Translations under genes and position numbers: made by a program | Shown here: piece after piece, positions 14,098 to 26,876 of the stretch | How positions within the stretch are numbered: the first letter of the stretch is position 1 | Layout of the letters: every line of letters begins with the position of its first letter | The notes under the pieces: generated by a model | Told to the model about the DNA's origin: nothing | Database searches by the model: none | Seen by the model: only the letters and a program-made list of their open reading frames with translations | Assembly: GCA_905178155.1 (NCBI GenBank) | Contig: CAJINV010000003.1 | Location: forward strand, 9,741,979 to 9,805,978 | DNA length: 64,000 bases | Source of the DNA: Amoebophrya sp. A120 | Taxonomy: Eukaryota; Protista; Dinoflagellata | Direction of reading: 5' to 3'

Positions 14098-14979
14098 AAT
14101 TCCGATGCTAGGCGTACTTCGTGGCGCGGCGAGACAGCTTCTCAAACGAATTCTGGTAGCTTCAGCTGCACTCAAATGCTTGACGCGTAGTTTTGCATGA
14201 ACCGGCGCTCCCCCATAGCTAAGTAGGAGTATTAGCGCATGGGGTCAGGACGTGCGTCCGCTTCAGCGTCAAAAAAAAAAAGCCAACTGTAGACTGAAGC
14301 ACCGTTACCGTTTACGCTACCGCTAAAAGTGCGCGAGGTCTTCTAATCGGAGCTTCCACGAGCCCCCGGTCGTTCCTCTGTCCGACTCGTTCACAAGCAA
14401 CTGGCTCCAGGAAACAAAGAGGGCGCCAGAACTACGGTGGAGCAGCAGCAATATTGAGCCAGTCCTGCTCTGCTTTGGTGCTTAGCGCTGCATCCTCGGA
14501 GAGAAGGGTCCGCCGACGATGTGGCAGGTTGGAAGGCAACCTTCTGGATGGTAATCGCTGCGGCGCCTGTCATGCTTTTGCTTGAGATTGCCTTTGATTG
14601 ACGGACACATGAAACAAACTGCAAGAGTCGAACAGCACAAGACCTCCGCATATGAATTCTCCGTTTATTTCGGCCTTTTCGCTCTCGACTTCTTTCTCTT
14701 TGACCAAGTGGAGCTTTTTTTATGTTGCGCAGGGAAGTAGTTGCCTGCTTTCTACTAAAGTCATGGATGTGCCAAGCTGAATACCGTTCCTGGTAATTTT
14801 TTCGGTTGCATTCGTCGTGACAAACATTGGCATATGTGGTTGCTCGCCAAAGAAGAGCCCTATACTCCATTATATCCGCGAAAGTTATAGTGGTTCTAGT
14901 TTTCGAGTTTTACAACTTTAGTAAACGAACAACGAACTGAAAACAGAGAAGATGAATAAAGAGAGAACGAACTGAGTGG

Positions 14980-15143
14980 GAAAGTAAGCTTCTCCCTCCG
15001 GGAGGGGTTCGAACTGGCGAGAAAAGTAAGCTTCTCCCTCCGGGAGGGGTTCGAACTGGCGAGAAAAGTAAGCCTCTCCCTCCGGGAGGGGTTCGAACTG
15101 GCGAGAAAAGTAAGCTTCTCCCTCCGGGAGGGGTTCGAACTGG
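14980..15143. repeat. 42-bp tandem repeat, about 4 copies
   Basis: GAAAAGTAAGCTTCTCCCTCCGGGAGGGGTTCGAACTGGCGA, head to tail with no spacers. Confidence 0.95.
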
Positions 15144-16700
15144 ACAACGGAGAGAGAGGGAGGTAAGGCGCACGAACTGAGTGACTGCGGCTCGCTGCGC
15201 GCGGCACCGTACCGCCTTGGGCAAGCACAAGGGACGCGTAACAAGGCGCGCGCAGACTCAGGGCGACGAGAAAGAGGCGCACCAAAAGCGCGCCGCCATC
15301 ACCCCGCTCCCTCTATTCCCGAGCTCGGCTGTCTCTTTTGCGCCACATTCTGCTTTTTTGAACAACAAAAAAGGCTCTTCCCTGTACTTTGGCGGCCCCG
15401 AGTTGAAAAAAAATGCCGCGGCGTATGCTTTGCTGCAGAAAGTACTCAAGGCCGGCGCCCCCACCCTCACAGAGACTCTGGCGGCTCCTGTTGGGTTCGC
15501 AGAGTCATGGCGGGGGTTGGCCGGCATGGGCGAGAGCACGACGCGCCCGGGAAAATGACAAGAGGCCTGCGTCTGCAACTTGGCGGCCCGCAGTTGCAGA
15601 AAAAGGCCTCTAGATGATTGCCGCGAGCAAGCGCGCGCGCTTAGTCTGGATTGGTTTCTTTGGCTCGGGCGATGTTTCCTGGCTATTGTTGGGCGCGCAG
15701 CTGTGCGCGCGGTTGGGTGCAAGCCGGTTTCCTGGCAGCGGTAGCTGCGAAAAAACAAAAGACGAGCGCTCTCTAGCTACCTCTACAACCTGGCGGCCCC
15801 AGCTTGTCGAAAAAGACCGCCGGGCGAGGCTTGTTGAAAAAGACCGCTGCGCCCTCTGCTGTTGTCTGGCTGGAGGGACCCGGTGACCTTCCGCCCTGGG
15901 CCGTAGCATTTGTGTCTGGCCGCCAGCTGAGGCCTTTCTTGGCAGCTTGCAGCTGGGAACTTGTCCAATTTGTGCTTCTGTTTGTGTTTCTTGGTGTGAG
16001 CTTTGTGACCAAGAGAAACACTTCGACAACACCACTCCGGGCCACTGCCTGGCCTCCGATGGCCGTGGTAGTGGATATGTTGCGCGCGTTTCAGAAGCCA
16101 CCCAGTTGCTAGACCGATTTCACTCCGAAAGAAACGGAGAAGGGAAGGAGGTCGAGCAAAAGAGCGCGGGGCGCCCAGGCTATGTGTTGCCCCGCTTTCC
16201 CCCCCCCCCCATTTTCTTGCGTTTTAGTGCTTATTCAATGCGAACGCGCAAAAGACAACGAAAACCGGGCAACATAGGCCATGAAGCGCAAAGTGCCAAC
16301 TTAAAAAACAAAGTTTTACTGTAGTGCAGTGTCTGCCTGGTTTTGCAAATAAAAACTTCGCCGAAAGCCAACTCGTTGCCGAAGTTTTGGCGAATTTCGG
16401 CAAAAGAAATTGCCGAAATTGGGCAAGATTGAAAAGCATTGCCATGGCTTAGGTTTCCCGGCTTTGCATTTTGCGCGTTCATGCTATCCAATGGCCCGCC
16501 GGCCTACCGCCCCCCGCCTTCTTTTTTCCCCTAGCTATTCCAATCGGCACGGGCTGCCTAAGCAAATGCGCAGGCAGTTCGCGCAGTCCACAAGCTCCCC
16601 ACCGCGGGCAGCCACTTCGGCGATGGCTCCCGACCCGAACACGAAAAAAACGCAGGCCCACGCGTTGGAATTATTTACTCAGTGCCCCGCGAGCGCGGAA

Positions 16701-16832
16701 GCAGTTCGCGCAGCTGCGCAATCCGTCAGGTCGCGCAGCTGCGCAGTTCGCAGTCCGTCAGTTCGCGCAGCTGCGCAGTTCGCAGTCCGTCAGCTCGCGC
16801 AGCTGCGCAGTTCACAATCCGTCAGCTCGCGC
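16701..16832. repeat. About 32-bp tandem repeat
   Basis: CGCGCAGCTGCGCAGTTCGCAGTCCGTCAG-type units. Confidence 0.9.
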
Positions 16833-16936
16833 GTGCTCTGCAGTTTGCAACTTGTCAGTACGTTACGAAAAGACGAAAACTCGAAAACCAGAACCTATTG
16901 AAAGTTATAGTGTCTTACTCATACTCAGTTACTGTG

Positions 16937-17650
16937 ATCATCATCATCATCATCATCATCATTTATCCTGCACTTGGGGGGGACGTTGTAGAGCTTTCCG
17001 CTCTCACACTCAACCCATTGCGCACATTAGCACTAACATCCGTTCTAGTGTCAGCCTGTTGTGCTTGTCAGATCATATCCTCTGTCGCTCGGCAGGTTTT
17101 TACTACTCCCCGAAGCAACTCTGCTCAGGGGCACTCGTTTTCAGACATATTTTCGGCGTCCAGTAACGAGCCCACTGTACTTCCGACGTGGACATCTGCG
17201 GACTGCTTGCCACGCAAATGTCTGCAATCACTCAGGAGATGGACTGGAACTACGAGGCTTCGATCCAAAGCGGGATCTCAGCATCCGGGTAGTCGTAGTC
17301 CTTGTGCGCCGGGGGACGACAATTGTTCCTTTGATCTGTTGATATGGAAGGATATCTTTCTGTTGAGTGCCGCCGATGACTATCCAGAGGAAAAACGTCC
17401 GCAACCCCAAGCTGTCATGCAAATCTGCATGCCCAGATCATCTGTAATGCGGCTCCACATGACGGGCATTTTCTAATCCTGTTTGGTGATCTGCAGTGCG
17501 CGAATCAGGGTGACAGAGTGGATTTGTGGTGCGTCTGGGCTACCTCAGCAGCACGACTACAGTGTGTCCCCAAACTTGTCATGCGCGACAATCACTACTT
17601 GCGGATTTGTCTAGCAGATTCCCCATGTTGACTATGGGGTTGGGGTGGGA
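16937..17650 (-). pseudogene. Possible 3' remnant of a non-LTR retrotransposon with an (ATG)n tail
   Basis: Interrupted frames containing RKCPSCG and VHLLSDCRHLR (CCHC-like), ending directly in about 8 ATG repeats. Confidence 0.35.
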
Positions 17651-19402
17651 GCCTTTTTGCACAGGATAATGACGACACAGAGTTCATGCCTGAGCCGAGT
17701 GCACTACTTTTTGCGCGGCGCCACAAGACGAAGCGAAGCGAGCGGGCGAGGCTGCTCTTCCGGCCTATATACTAGTGAACTTTTGCGACGGGGAGAACAC
17801 CTACCCAAACTGCTAGTGCTCTCCTGCGAAACGATCCTGTCTCACTTTGCCTGTGTACTGCTTGCTTTCCTGTGATGAATGTCAGCGCACTTGACACGTG
17901 CCGAGTTAGTTTGGCGCCCCTCCCTTCCGTTCCACCCCTTTCAGCAATCACCGAGCGGCTGCCGGTGCCCGGTGGTTCTGGCACTTTGCATTACGCGTGT
18001 AGTAGCGGCTCAATTCTCCTGAGCGCTGGCTTTGCTACTCTGAGGGCTCGCGGTTCTGTGCAGGTGAAAGCCAGAAGAATGAGCAACATTGCCCGGCAGC
18101 AATGTCCACGATGGATTCGGGACCAATTAGAAGTGCTCTGGGTTGGTGTCCGGAGAAACGTCGGCGCAAACGCTGCTGGCCAGAAAACGAGCGGGAAGTG
18201 CCTGGGTGGGTAGATTGATACCATACGCAGGAGACGCAGCACCGCGCCACAGTAAATAGCCGCCGAAGGGGCGGCCGGTTTTTCCTCCTCACCCTGCGAA
18301 GGAGGAAGGGGGTTGATGTCTGTGTTGCCAAAAATACAGCGCTATGAGCGCGGGTGGTGAGGTTTATTGGCTCTGTTTCAGCAGAAAATCCCGGCCGCCA
18401 CCATCTAAAAGCGAAAAAGATTAGAGATCCGAGCCCGTGGCGGCAGGTCTTCTCTCCGGCGCAACACAGGGGCCGCGGAGCTCCTCCCGAATATGTGAGA
18501 GCTCAGCGTAGTGCTTGTCCCGGGAGGGCACTGCGACATTGACTGACCTCGTGCGGCACATAAGATTTGCCCCACTTGGTTCCTCTGCGCAAGCCGAAGT
18601 AGAAGCAGTATGCGGCGCCTGTCGTGGAAGAAACGCAACGCGCGCGATCGCGAAGCCTGGTGGCGAGATGTTTACCTGTCTCGCGTGCTGCGCCGCTTGT
18701 CATCCTCGTCGACTCGGCCCTCGGGTAGCCACTTGTCCACGTCTTGGCGGCTTTCTGCAGTTTCCGCATGCCGCTCCGACTGTAGGTTTAAAAGCAAGCC
18801 CGGCCCGCGTTTTTGCTTGGATGGTCCGAAGCCTCCGGCGGGAAACCGTTCTCACCGGAAAGGCACAAGCGTCCACGATGGTGAGCGCACATCGGAGAAT
18901 ATCGACCGACCAGCCACCTCAGCCTAGTCTCACAGGCTCGATAGACTTCTACTGCATGGCCATACATTTTTCAGTGACGAGGGTGCGTGTTTCCAAGTAA
19001 ATGGTCAAGAGCAAGAGCCTGTCAAAGCGTCGTTCCTATTGAAGCAAACAGATGCACTCGAGTCGTGGGGCTTCCCGGGCTGCCATGAAGTCCCCTGGTT
19101 TTTGCTTGATTGCTCTGCCTCTCTCGTCGAGAGCTCCGCACGCACGAAGTTGACGCAGCTAGTTGCAACCATTCGCATCGTTTTCGCAGTGCAAGTTTTC
19201 AGCCCCTCTCTGCAGTTGCTTACTTGTTCTTTTTTAGGTCGCTTGCGGTTGATTGCTGCAAACAACAAGCGAGCAGTGAAACTACTGCAGCGCTGGTCTT
19301 TTACGGGTGTCAGCACAAAGAACGACCCATCGGCGCTTGGTTTTTTGTAGTGTTCCACCTCACAATGACAATGGTTCTAGGAATTCCAACCGCTGGCATA
19401 GC

Positions 19403-19447
19403 TCACCCCAGGTGGACCGTACCATTAGGAAACAGCCCCATCACCTC
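19403..19447 (-). CDS. UBXN11: UBXN11-like terminal exon (EVMGLFPNGTVHLG-stop)
   Basis: Completes the UBX C-terminal TLxxxGLxPN motif; in frame after removing 19448-24517. Confidence 0.8.
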   Translation of the reverse strand, partial: EVMGLFPNGTVHLG

Positions 19448-19450
19448 CAG

Positions 19451-22400
19451 TATAGAAGCGTCAGGTGGGAAATCGTTCACATAACGGAGGCGGTGTGTAA
19501 TACACAAAAGCGCCAAGCGTTTTCGTTTTAGCCATCAGTCTTCTATCTTTGCAGCACACCTTCGAAGCAACGCACCTCAAGGAAGGGCTAAGCGACCTCG
19601 GCGGCCACCAGCTTATTCGCGCTTTACTGTTTCGACACATGGAAGGACCTCGACCACGCTCAATATTCGGCGATCCCTTCCAGAACGACAGCCCGGGCAT
19701 GGGCCGCAAAGATCCTCGCTTGCTGTGAGCGCGGGCCAGTTCCCTTTCTGCAGTTGCGACTTCAGCCCACGACCGGGGTCACGGGGTGAGAGATGGCAGC
19801 GGCCCCCTCCGATGCGGCTCGCTATAGGTAAGAGGCAGCCAGGGCGCCGCCATACCTAGGCGCACACCCCGACGCGTACCCGGTCACAGCGCTGGGCTGA
19901 CACCAGACCCGCGGCAAGCCCAAACACTACAGCGGCACTAATGACGACGCCGGCGCTGTGCCCGTTGGCGGTCTGCTGCGCGCCCCCCCTACCTGCGCCC
20001 AACCTGAACAAGACCGGGCGGGGACCCGGCGAGAAGTCACGGCTCCTGTAGGTTCGCGGGCGGTTCCTGCAGGTGCCAGAGGCCAAGCGGGGCGCGCGCG
20101 CTTTCAACGTGCGGCCGCCATCGCCAAGCGCTAGCTTTATTGCGGGCCTGGGCTTGACTCAGATTCCCCCGCCTTTTGGCAACAGGTCCCGGGCCTCATA
20201 CGTTCCTTGTTTTCTAGGCCGGTCGAAAGGGATCGCGCGGCCCCCGCCGGCGCCCCAAAGTTCAAAAAGTTTCCCCCTCCAATCCGAGAGAGAGGCGCGC
20301 CCCGATTGTGCAGCCCATCCGGCTTCTTCACAAGAGCGGAGCGGACCGCGGCACTTCCGGGAAGAATGCCAACAGGGGTGGGCGTTTTGCGTAGCGCATG
20401 ACGGTGGCCAGGAACGCTCTCGCGCGTATCGTGATGGTGGCCGCGCCTATTCGTAGGCCGGCCGCGATTGCAAGGAAGCTCTTGCACACGGGCGCGGCGG
20501 TAGAGCAGAAGTAACAGTCAGAGTTCAAACACAAATACTGGAAAAATTCAAGAAAAAAGCTCCAAGCTAATACATAAGAAACGACCCAGGCGGCGCGCGC
20601 CGCGTGGGAAAAAATAGCGCGCAAACCTTTCGGAGCACCTCTTAGATTGGACGCGGAGATCTACGCCAAGCACAAGCTCGATGCTTGGCCTTCAAGAATC
20701 TCCACACTCCACTAAAGCGGCTGCCTTTAGCCCCTCTCGGCGGAGCTACATGCGGAAAAAGCCGGCAAAAAACCTCCTTCAAGAGCCAGAGCCGGATGGG
20801 AAAAGCTAGAAAGGCTGAGACGCCTCCCGCCTTACAAAACCGCAAGGCTGAGACGCCTCCCGCCTTACAAAGCCGCAACCTCCCGCCTTGGCAACTTTTC
20901 GGAGCGCCAGATCCAGAAAAAGCCGAAGCGCCCTCTGCGCTTTTGCTTGCAAAAGTGCTCAGCTTTCTTGTGTTTTGAGAACAAGAGAAAACTGGTAGAA
21001 AGCGGGCCCCCCGAGAAGTTTTCGGATCTGCAGGAAGACAATCTCGCTGCTTACAAAAATCCCCTCCACCTTCAGCCTCTTTTCGAAGGCCGGCCAGACC
21101 CGGAAAAGAAAAGCCAGCGGCCGGCCTCAAAGAAAGTGAACACCTTCTGGCTTTTCAGACGAGCCAGATCTGGTGGGCAGAGCTAGATCCGGCCAGAGTC
21201 CAAAAGTTCGCTTTTTCGTTGCAAAGGCCGCTACTTTTGGCTTGTCCTAAATTTGCCAGAAGCAGCCAAAACGTGGCCGCTTTTGGTCGTGCTGATACGT
21301 CGTGGCCTGGCGCAACCTTCAGAAAACCTTCAGAAGGCTTTTTGACCTTGATGATGATGATTAGTGCGAGCGGGGCTCGGCGCAGCTCCCTCCTCCGGCG
21401 CGCGGCAGGAATAGCCTGCCCTAATACCCTAGTGGTCACGGCGTTGACCGAGGCCAGGACTTTTCGTTATTCGGTTGTGGAACGCCCTCACTTTCGATCG
21501 TTGGGCCTTGCTTCATTCGGGGGCCGGCATGTTTCACACATTCCGAAGAACGGGGCGGAACTACCAGCACACGCACAGGATACGGCGCTTGTTTGTCCTA
21601 TTCTTTGGCCTGGAGGTCAAGGATCGACCTCGCGATCACACTTACGGCTCACAGTACTAAACGCTCTGACCTCCGACCCGTACTGATTGCGCAGCAATCA
21701 CGCTTGAGTGGACTCGAACCCCTCGGCTCGTTGAATGAAGTTCCACCAGTCAGGAGCTACACCCTGGCGAGCTGACCAAGGCAAAGCTCATCCCAACCTT
21801 TTGAATCCGGCGCAGTGGATCCTTTCCCTACTAGGTTTTTTATAGTGAGACCAGGGCACGCCCCCTGGAGACGGCGCGACTCACTTTTTGCAAACCTTCT
21901 CGCACTAGCGCCCATCTAGATGCGGCGGGCCTTGCTCCATTGATGGCGTGCAAAAAATTCGGATCGAACGAAGGCGCAGGCGCTCTCTAGGTAGGTAGTC
22001 CGAAGGTAGGCAGTCTTAAGGTCGTGCCTTTCTCTCAGTTCTTTTTTGTGTTTTCTTTTTCTGTGTCTTCAGAGCTGCTGTCTTTCAACAGCGAGCCCTT
22101 TCTTGGTCGGTTAGCTGGTTGCTAGCCGTTTGAAGACGTGCCTACTGCTGTTGCTAGGCGCAGGCTGTTGCGTGTGGCCGCTGGCGCATGGGAAGGCGGG
22201 CGGACCTGAGAGGTCAAGGCAAGCAAGCAAAGTCTTCAGACACGTTGGCCGGCCCCAAGACGTTTGCCGCACATCGCGGCGCCGCCATAAATCGACAGGC
22301 TGCTTTTTTTTTCCGCTCTAGAGACCGGCTCTTTCGCTCGTTTTACGAACAGCCTACCTAGAGCAAAGCACTCTGGTCGGCCACTGGACCTGCGCCGGCT

Positions 22401-24515
22401 GGCTAGTGGCCGACTGCCTTTCACGGCTGTCGGCGGGCTTTTTCCTTGTCCGGCAAGCTTCTGGGTCTCTGCTGAAGTCCTTCTTTTTCTTTTCGTTCTT
22501 ACTGTCGCAGGTCGCCGTCGAACTGTCCATGTTTGCTATGGTTGGAGTCCGCAACCCGGCGAGAGACTTGGCGGCTGCCCCTGCCACGCCTTGGGCTCTT
22601 CCTGCCTCACCTCCTGTCGCCTGCCTCGCTCTGTTTTACGCCGCGCGCCTCGGCCTCTTTGCCAGGTTGCTGTCGTCCTCGCCCCGGCCTCGCAGCTGCG
22701 CTGCGTTGCCCCCCTTGGAAGTCGCGCCGCTGCTGTGCTCTGCTGCCTTTTCTCCCTTTTTCTCTTTTCCCGGTTCCGGGGGGGGGACGCCTTTTCCTGC
22801 CTTTCCCGTCAATGCGTTTGCCACTACTGCAGCAAGGGCCCCCTCGTCTACGGCGTCGCGCCCCTCATCGGTCCCGCGAAAGCCTTGCCCCTGTTGCTGT
22901 TGGCTTTCTTGGCTCGCGGGCCTGTCTTGCGTTGCCCGCGCACCTGCTTCACCAGTAGCCCCCTGCTGCTCAGCTTCGTCCAGGCCTAGTTTTTCTAGCA
23001 GCCATCTCGACCGTTCTCCGCGTGTCATTTCCGGCCATTCCTTCACCGGTGGGAAGTCATAGAGATTAACTATCCCCGAAGTCGTACACTGGCCAAGCAC
23101 CACGCGAGTCGTGATTTTCTGCGCTGCCGTACCGCAACCCTGTTTCTAACGCCGGGGCGTCGCTTGCTACCTTCCGCCAAGACTCCGCGCTGTCACCGTA
23201 GAGGCAATTCTTTTGCACTACGTGCCCAAGCACCTCCATGGTCTCGATCGCTTCTGTCAGGCTTAGCACCACGCCCGCACCCCTACGCAGCGGACCCCGC
23301 GGCTTTTGGTGCAGTTTCTTATAGTCCTCCAACCTGTCTGAAGCATATCGCTTGGCCTGAGTGCCATGCCATCACGGCCTCCACCGCAGCGCGTGCACTG
23401 CTGCAATATGCCAGGACCTGCTGCTCTTGTTCTCTATCTTTCTTCTACTTCCAAGTGCGCCGCCTTGATCTTTGGTTGCAGCACTGCAACCATTTTTGTG
23501 CCGTTGGGTGGAAATCGCCCATACATAGATCCGAGCGGCCCCAACCTCGTCCGTAGAAAGTACTGAGGTCGTCAGCTCGTCCTTGCTTTTGCGCCCGGGC
23601 TAAAGCGCTCCGAGCGGTCCGGGATGATTCCCGCTAGCCGAAGATCACAGGAGTCGGGTAGTCGGGTCATTGCGCCTTCTGCTAATGCTGTCACTAGCGC
23701 CGCGTCCGCCGTTTGGCGCGTTCGCCGTGCCTCATGGTTCCGCCTCGTTCAACCCCGCGAGGCCAGTGCCCAAGATTCGCAGCGGGAAAGCTGCCCACTT
23801 CAGCACGCCTCCCATGTCAGTCAGCAGATTCCTTTGCGACAGAGCGCGGAGTATTTTGATGCCCAGAAGGTTCAAAAATAACGCGAGCCCTTTTGCATGT
23901 TTTTTTGTGAAAAGTACGCACAGTTTTCTTTTATTCCGCCTTCAGAAGGTTTTGGGACTTTGAACCTCAGAAGGGCAAAAGAAAAAATCTTCAGGAAGGT
24001 CAAAAACGAGGCGCATAAAAACCTTCCGAAGCTTTGCAGTCAGTCAGTCGCTCACGTCTAAGAGTAGGGCCAACGCGAGCAGGTTCTGCGTCTTTGGCCA
24101 CAGTTCGGCTCTTTGCAGGCTGTTCACGAAGAGGGGACGCCAAACTCATAAAGAAAACTGTGGCTACGGTAAAGCTCTAGAACACACAAAAGAAGACTGT
24201 GGCTAAAGTTTTGCACATCGATCAAAGAGCTTCTGAAGGTTATTGAACACCTACTGAAGGTCCAAACTCGACAAAATTTTCTAAAGGTTTGAAAAAAAAA
24301 AAAAATTTCCGAAACAGGACCTGTATCCGTTTCAGTTTTGTGTCTTTTTCAAAGTGCCCACTTCTGCACCTTCAGAAGGTTTTTCGATCCTTCTGAAGGT
24401 TCTTCTGAAGAATTTTCTTCTGAAGGTTGTAGTGATTTTTTCCCGTATAGTCCTTCTATTGAATTATGCATATAGTTCCTACTTCGTCGTCGATTTTCCT
24501 CCAAACACTCCCTTA
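19451..24515 (-). mobile_element. 5-kb introner-like element forming non-canonical UBXN11 intron 4
   Basis: 25-bp imperfect inverted repeat (TAAGGGAGTGTTTGGAGGAAAATCG vs TATAGAAGCGTCAGGTGGGAAATCG, 17/25 identical); flanking 5-mers TTAGA and CTGGA; removal restores the UBX C-terminus. Confidence 0.8.
23066..23590 (-). pseudogene. Decayed tyrosine recombinase-like ORF inside intron 4
   Basis: GRADDL (box I-like R, about 23580) and, in another frame, GPLRRGAGVVLSLTEAIETMEVLGHVVQKNCLY (box II-like xxLRRGA...LGH...Y). Contains stops and frameshifts, and the His of HxxR is missing. Confidence 0.5.
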
Positions 24516-24517
24516 TC

Positions 24518-25030
24518 TAAAGTGGCTTTGGTGTCGGCAAACAAACGTGTCGGTGGAGGGAAGGCACACTTCAGTACCGAGGAAGGGTCCTCGTGCGACA
24601 AGTGAAGCTTCGCTTTCGCCGCCTGGTAGAGCTCAGCCACGGTCGCTTGCTTCGGCAGAGACACGCGACAAGCTCCGTTACGGTGCTTCACTAAAATACT
24701 GCAAAACGAGGCTCCAAGTTCCGCCTCGCCGCCGGATGGGCCGGCTTGCGTCATGCAGTCGTCTCGCCTCGCCCTCGCACTGCAAGTGTGCTCCACGGCT
24801 TTCAACGGACTGGCTCTGACGGGAAGCGTAGCTCCAGTAGTTTTGCAACCAGGAGTTTGCTCCTCGACCATTGTCCGCGTCACCAATCTCCGGGCCGTCT
24901 GCGCACTGTTACTCCGCAGCTCGGCGGGATTTGCGGCTGGCAGACGTACGGCGTCGCGCTCATTCTTAGAAAGGAGCCGCTCTTCCATCTCTTGCCGGAT
25001 CGGAACAATCTGCCCGTTCGCCAGAATAAC
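24518..25030 (-). CDS. UBXN11: UBXN11-like exon 4 (most of the UBX domain)
   Basis: Canonical acceptor ctctctcag|GTT; VILANGQIVPIR...QATVAELYQ...LKCAFPPPTRLFADTKATL (UBX FP motif); 171 codons. Confidence 0.85.
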
Positions 25031-26876
25031 CTGAGAGAGAACGAGATGTGCTGATGTTGATTATTGCCCCTCTGCCTCTGGATCAATCTGACGACCGAAC
25101 ACGAACGCAATAAAGTGTGCTCTTGCTTTCCGTCTTTGTAATTGCTCAACTCGCTTTTGCAGCACTTGCCGGGAGAGAAAAAATGAAAATCGCGCACGCG
25201 CGTGCGCATATAGACGCACGCCAACTACACCAGACGATAAATATCAAGAGTCAGAAGCTCCTCGTCAGTCAGGCAACGGAGGGCCAAGACTGCAAAGCCG
25301 AAAAGAACAAGGCAAGTGGCCCAAATGGCTGAGGGCGGCCGAAAGCCAGGCCCCGGGGGGACGGCGGCGGCTGCCTCTCACAAATACCAAGCGGGGGCAC
25401 TGGGTGCGACCAAACTCCCCGAGGCGCAGAACCCCGGCAGCTGTTTGTTTTCAAAAAACAAGCGGCCGGCCGCGGCAGCTCCCTGCAGCCCAGCGGGCCC
25501 CGAGCGCGGCGCCCGCCCGAGGGCGCCGGCCGCGGCTGCTGCAACGCGCGGAGACCCGGGCGCCCTCCCACCGCGTTCCCGACTGCGCGTCGCCCTTTGA
25601 CTTTTTTTTTGTTTTCCGAATCGGCACGCTGAACCTCCTCCGCGCCCTTTTTGGCAAACTTGTCCCACTAGTAAGGCCACCGGCTTTTTTCTACAGACGC
25701 GCTCGCTTTCGAACCCAAAAAATTATGGGCCCGCGCTCCAAAAAGAAACTCAAGCCATTTGATTTTTGGCCCAGATTTTTACTTTTTGTCATGAGGCAAC
25801 TGTGCTCCGTTTTCTCTTTTTTGTCGTTGGGGCTGAAGAACTTTACGCGCCCGCTAAAAGTTTCGAACTGGGTCTAAATTTGCATATGCGATCGGGCTTC
25901 GCGGATCTGGGAGTGGGACTGCGACTGTCTGTGCCTGGGTTCGTAATGGGACATCTCAAGGGCGAGCAGTTAGGAGGTCTTATCTCGGGGAGCTTCTAGA
26001 TCTCGAGTCTATTGCCTACAATTTGCGATAGTTTTGCCCAGCTAACACGCATAGCAACTCCAATACTTTTCGAAAAAGATCGCGCCAAAAACGCATGGAA
26101 GAGTGCGCCATCCTCTCCCATGATTACTCTCTACGCCCTTGGTCCCCCTCCATTCCTCTTCTTCCCCCCTTGGCAACTCGTTTCTTTGCCCTTTCCTTGC
26201 GTGACATAAGTTGGCGCCTTGTAAAATCAAAATAGGAACCCTAAATCCTAAAAACCCTCTAAACCCTTCCGACGCTGGTGGCGGAGCCGGGACGGAAACA
26301 GGATGGAGTAGGAGCGGAAGGGAAGAAGGATCGGAGGAAAAGCGCAGGAACCGCCACTGATCAGAGAGAGCGCGCATAAACGCATGGCGTGTACCTGAGC
26401 AGAGTTGCGCGAAATAAGTTGGCGCTTTGTAAAAAAGACAGAAAACCTGTGCGGCCAACAATCAAAATGCGACAAGACAGCAACGAGACCGAAGCAATCG
26501 ACGAATAAACACCGGAGGCGAGTCAGCATAGTGCAGCGCTCCTATATCCTAAAAGTAGCTCCACCAGCGCAGCGAAAAAGAAGGCGCATATTGATAAACC
26601 ACGCACAGACTTTGCCTCCCCCCGCGCGTTAGAGGCGGCGCGCGTTTAGAATAATGCGCTGGCGCTTGAGCGAAGCAACACAAACGCGAAAGACAGCAGC
26701 TTACATACTTAGAGCAAGCTCCTTCGGCACTGCATTAGCTGCCAAGGCGGGCCAGAGACTGCAGTCAAAGAAAAACGAAAACGCAAAAACTAAACTTAAA
26801 GTGTAAAGCAACAAGCAGACAGAGCCAATAAAGTCTATAGATGGGCAGCGTACTGGAGCAGTCGAGTTCGTCTTAC

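Larger units (their letters stand above)
14892..16895. mobile_element. 2-kb non-autonomous TIR element (intergenic)
   Basis: 20-bp terminal inverted repeat GGTTCTAGTTTTCGAGTTTT / AAAACTCGAAAACCAGAACC (1 mismatch); 13-bp direct repeat GAAAGTTATAGTG at 14880-14892 and 16900-16912; subterminal minisatellites at both ends. Confidence 0.75.

Noticed and set aside
14170-14235. Alternative UBX last exon that would fuse UBXN11 to CFAP58
   Set aside because: A much better terminal exon (MGLFPNGTVHL) with a matching IR exists at 19403-19447.
14980-15143. Regular repeat resembling a CRISPR array
   Set aside because: Units are head to tail with no unique spacers, there are no cas genes, and the context is eukaryotic.
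21703-21767. tRNA-like sequence on the minus strand (TAGCTC...GGTTCGAGTCC)
   Set aside because: No convincing acceptor or anticodon stems; at most a decayed tRNA or SINE fragment.
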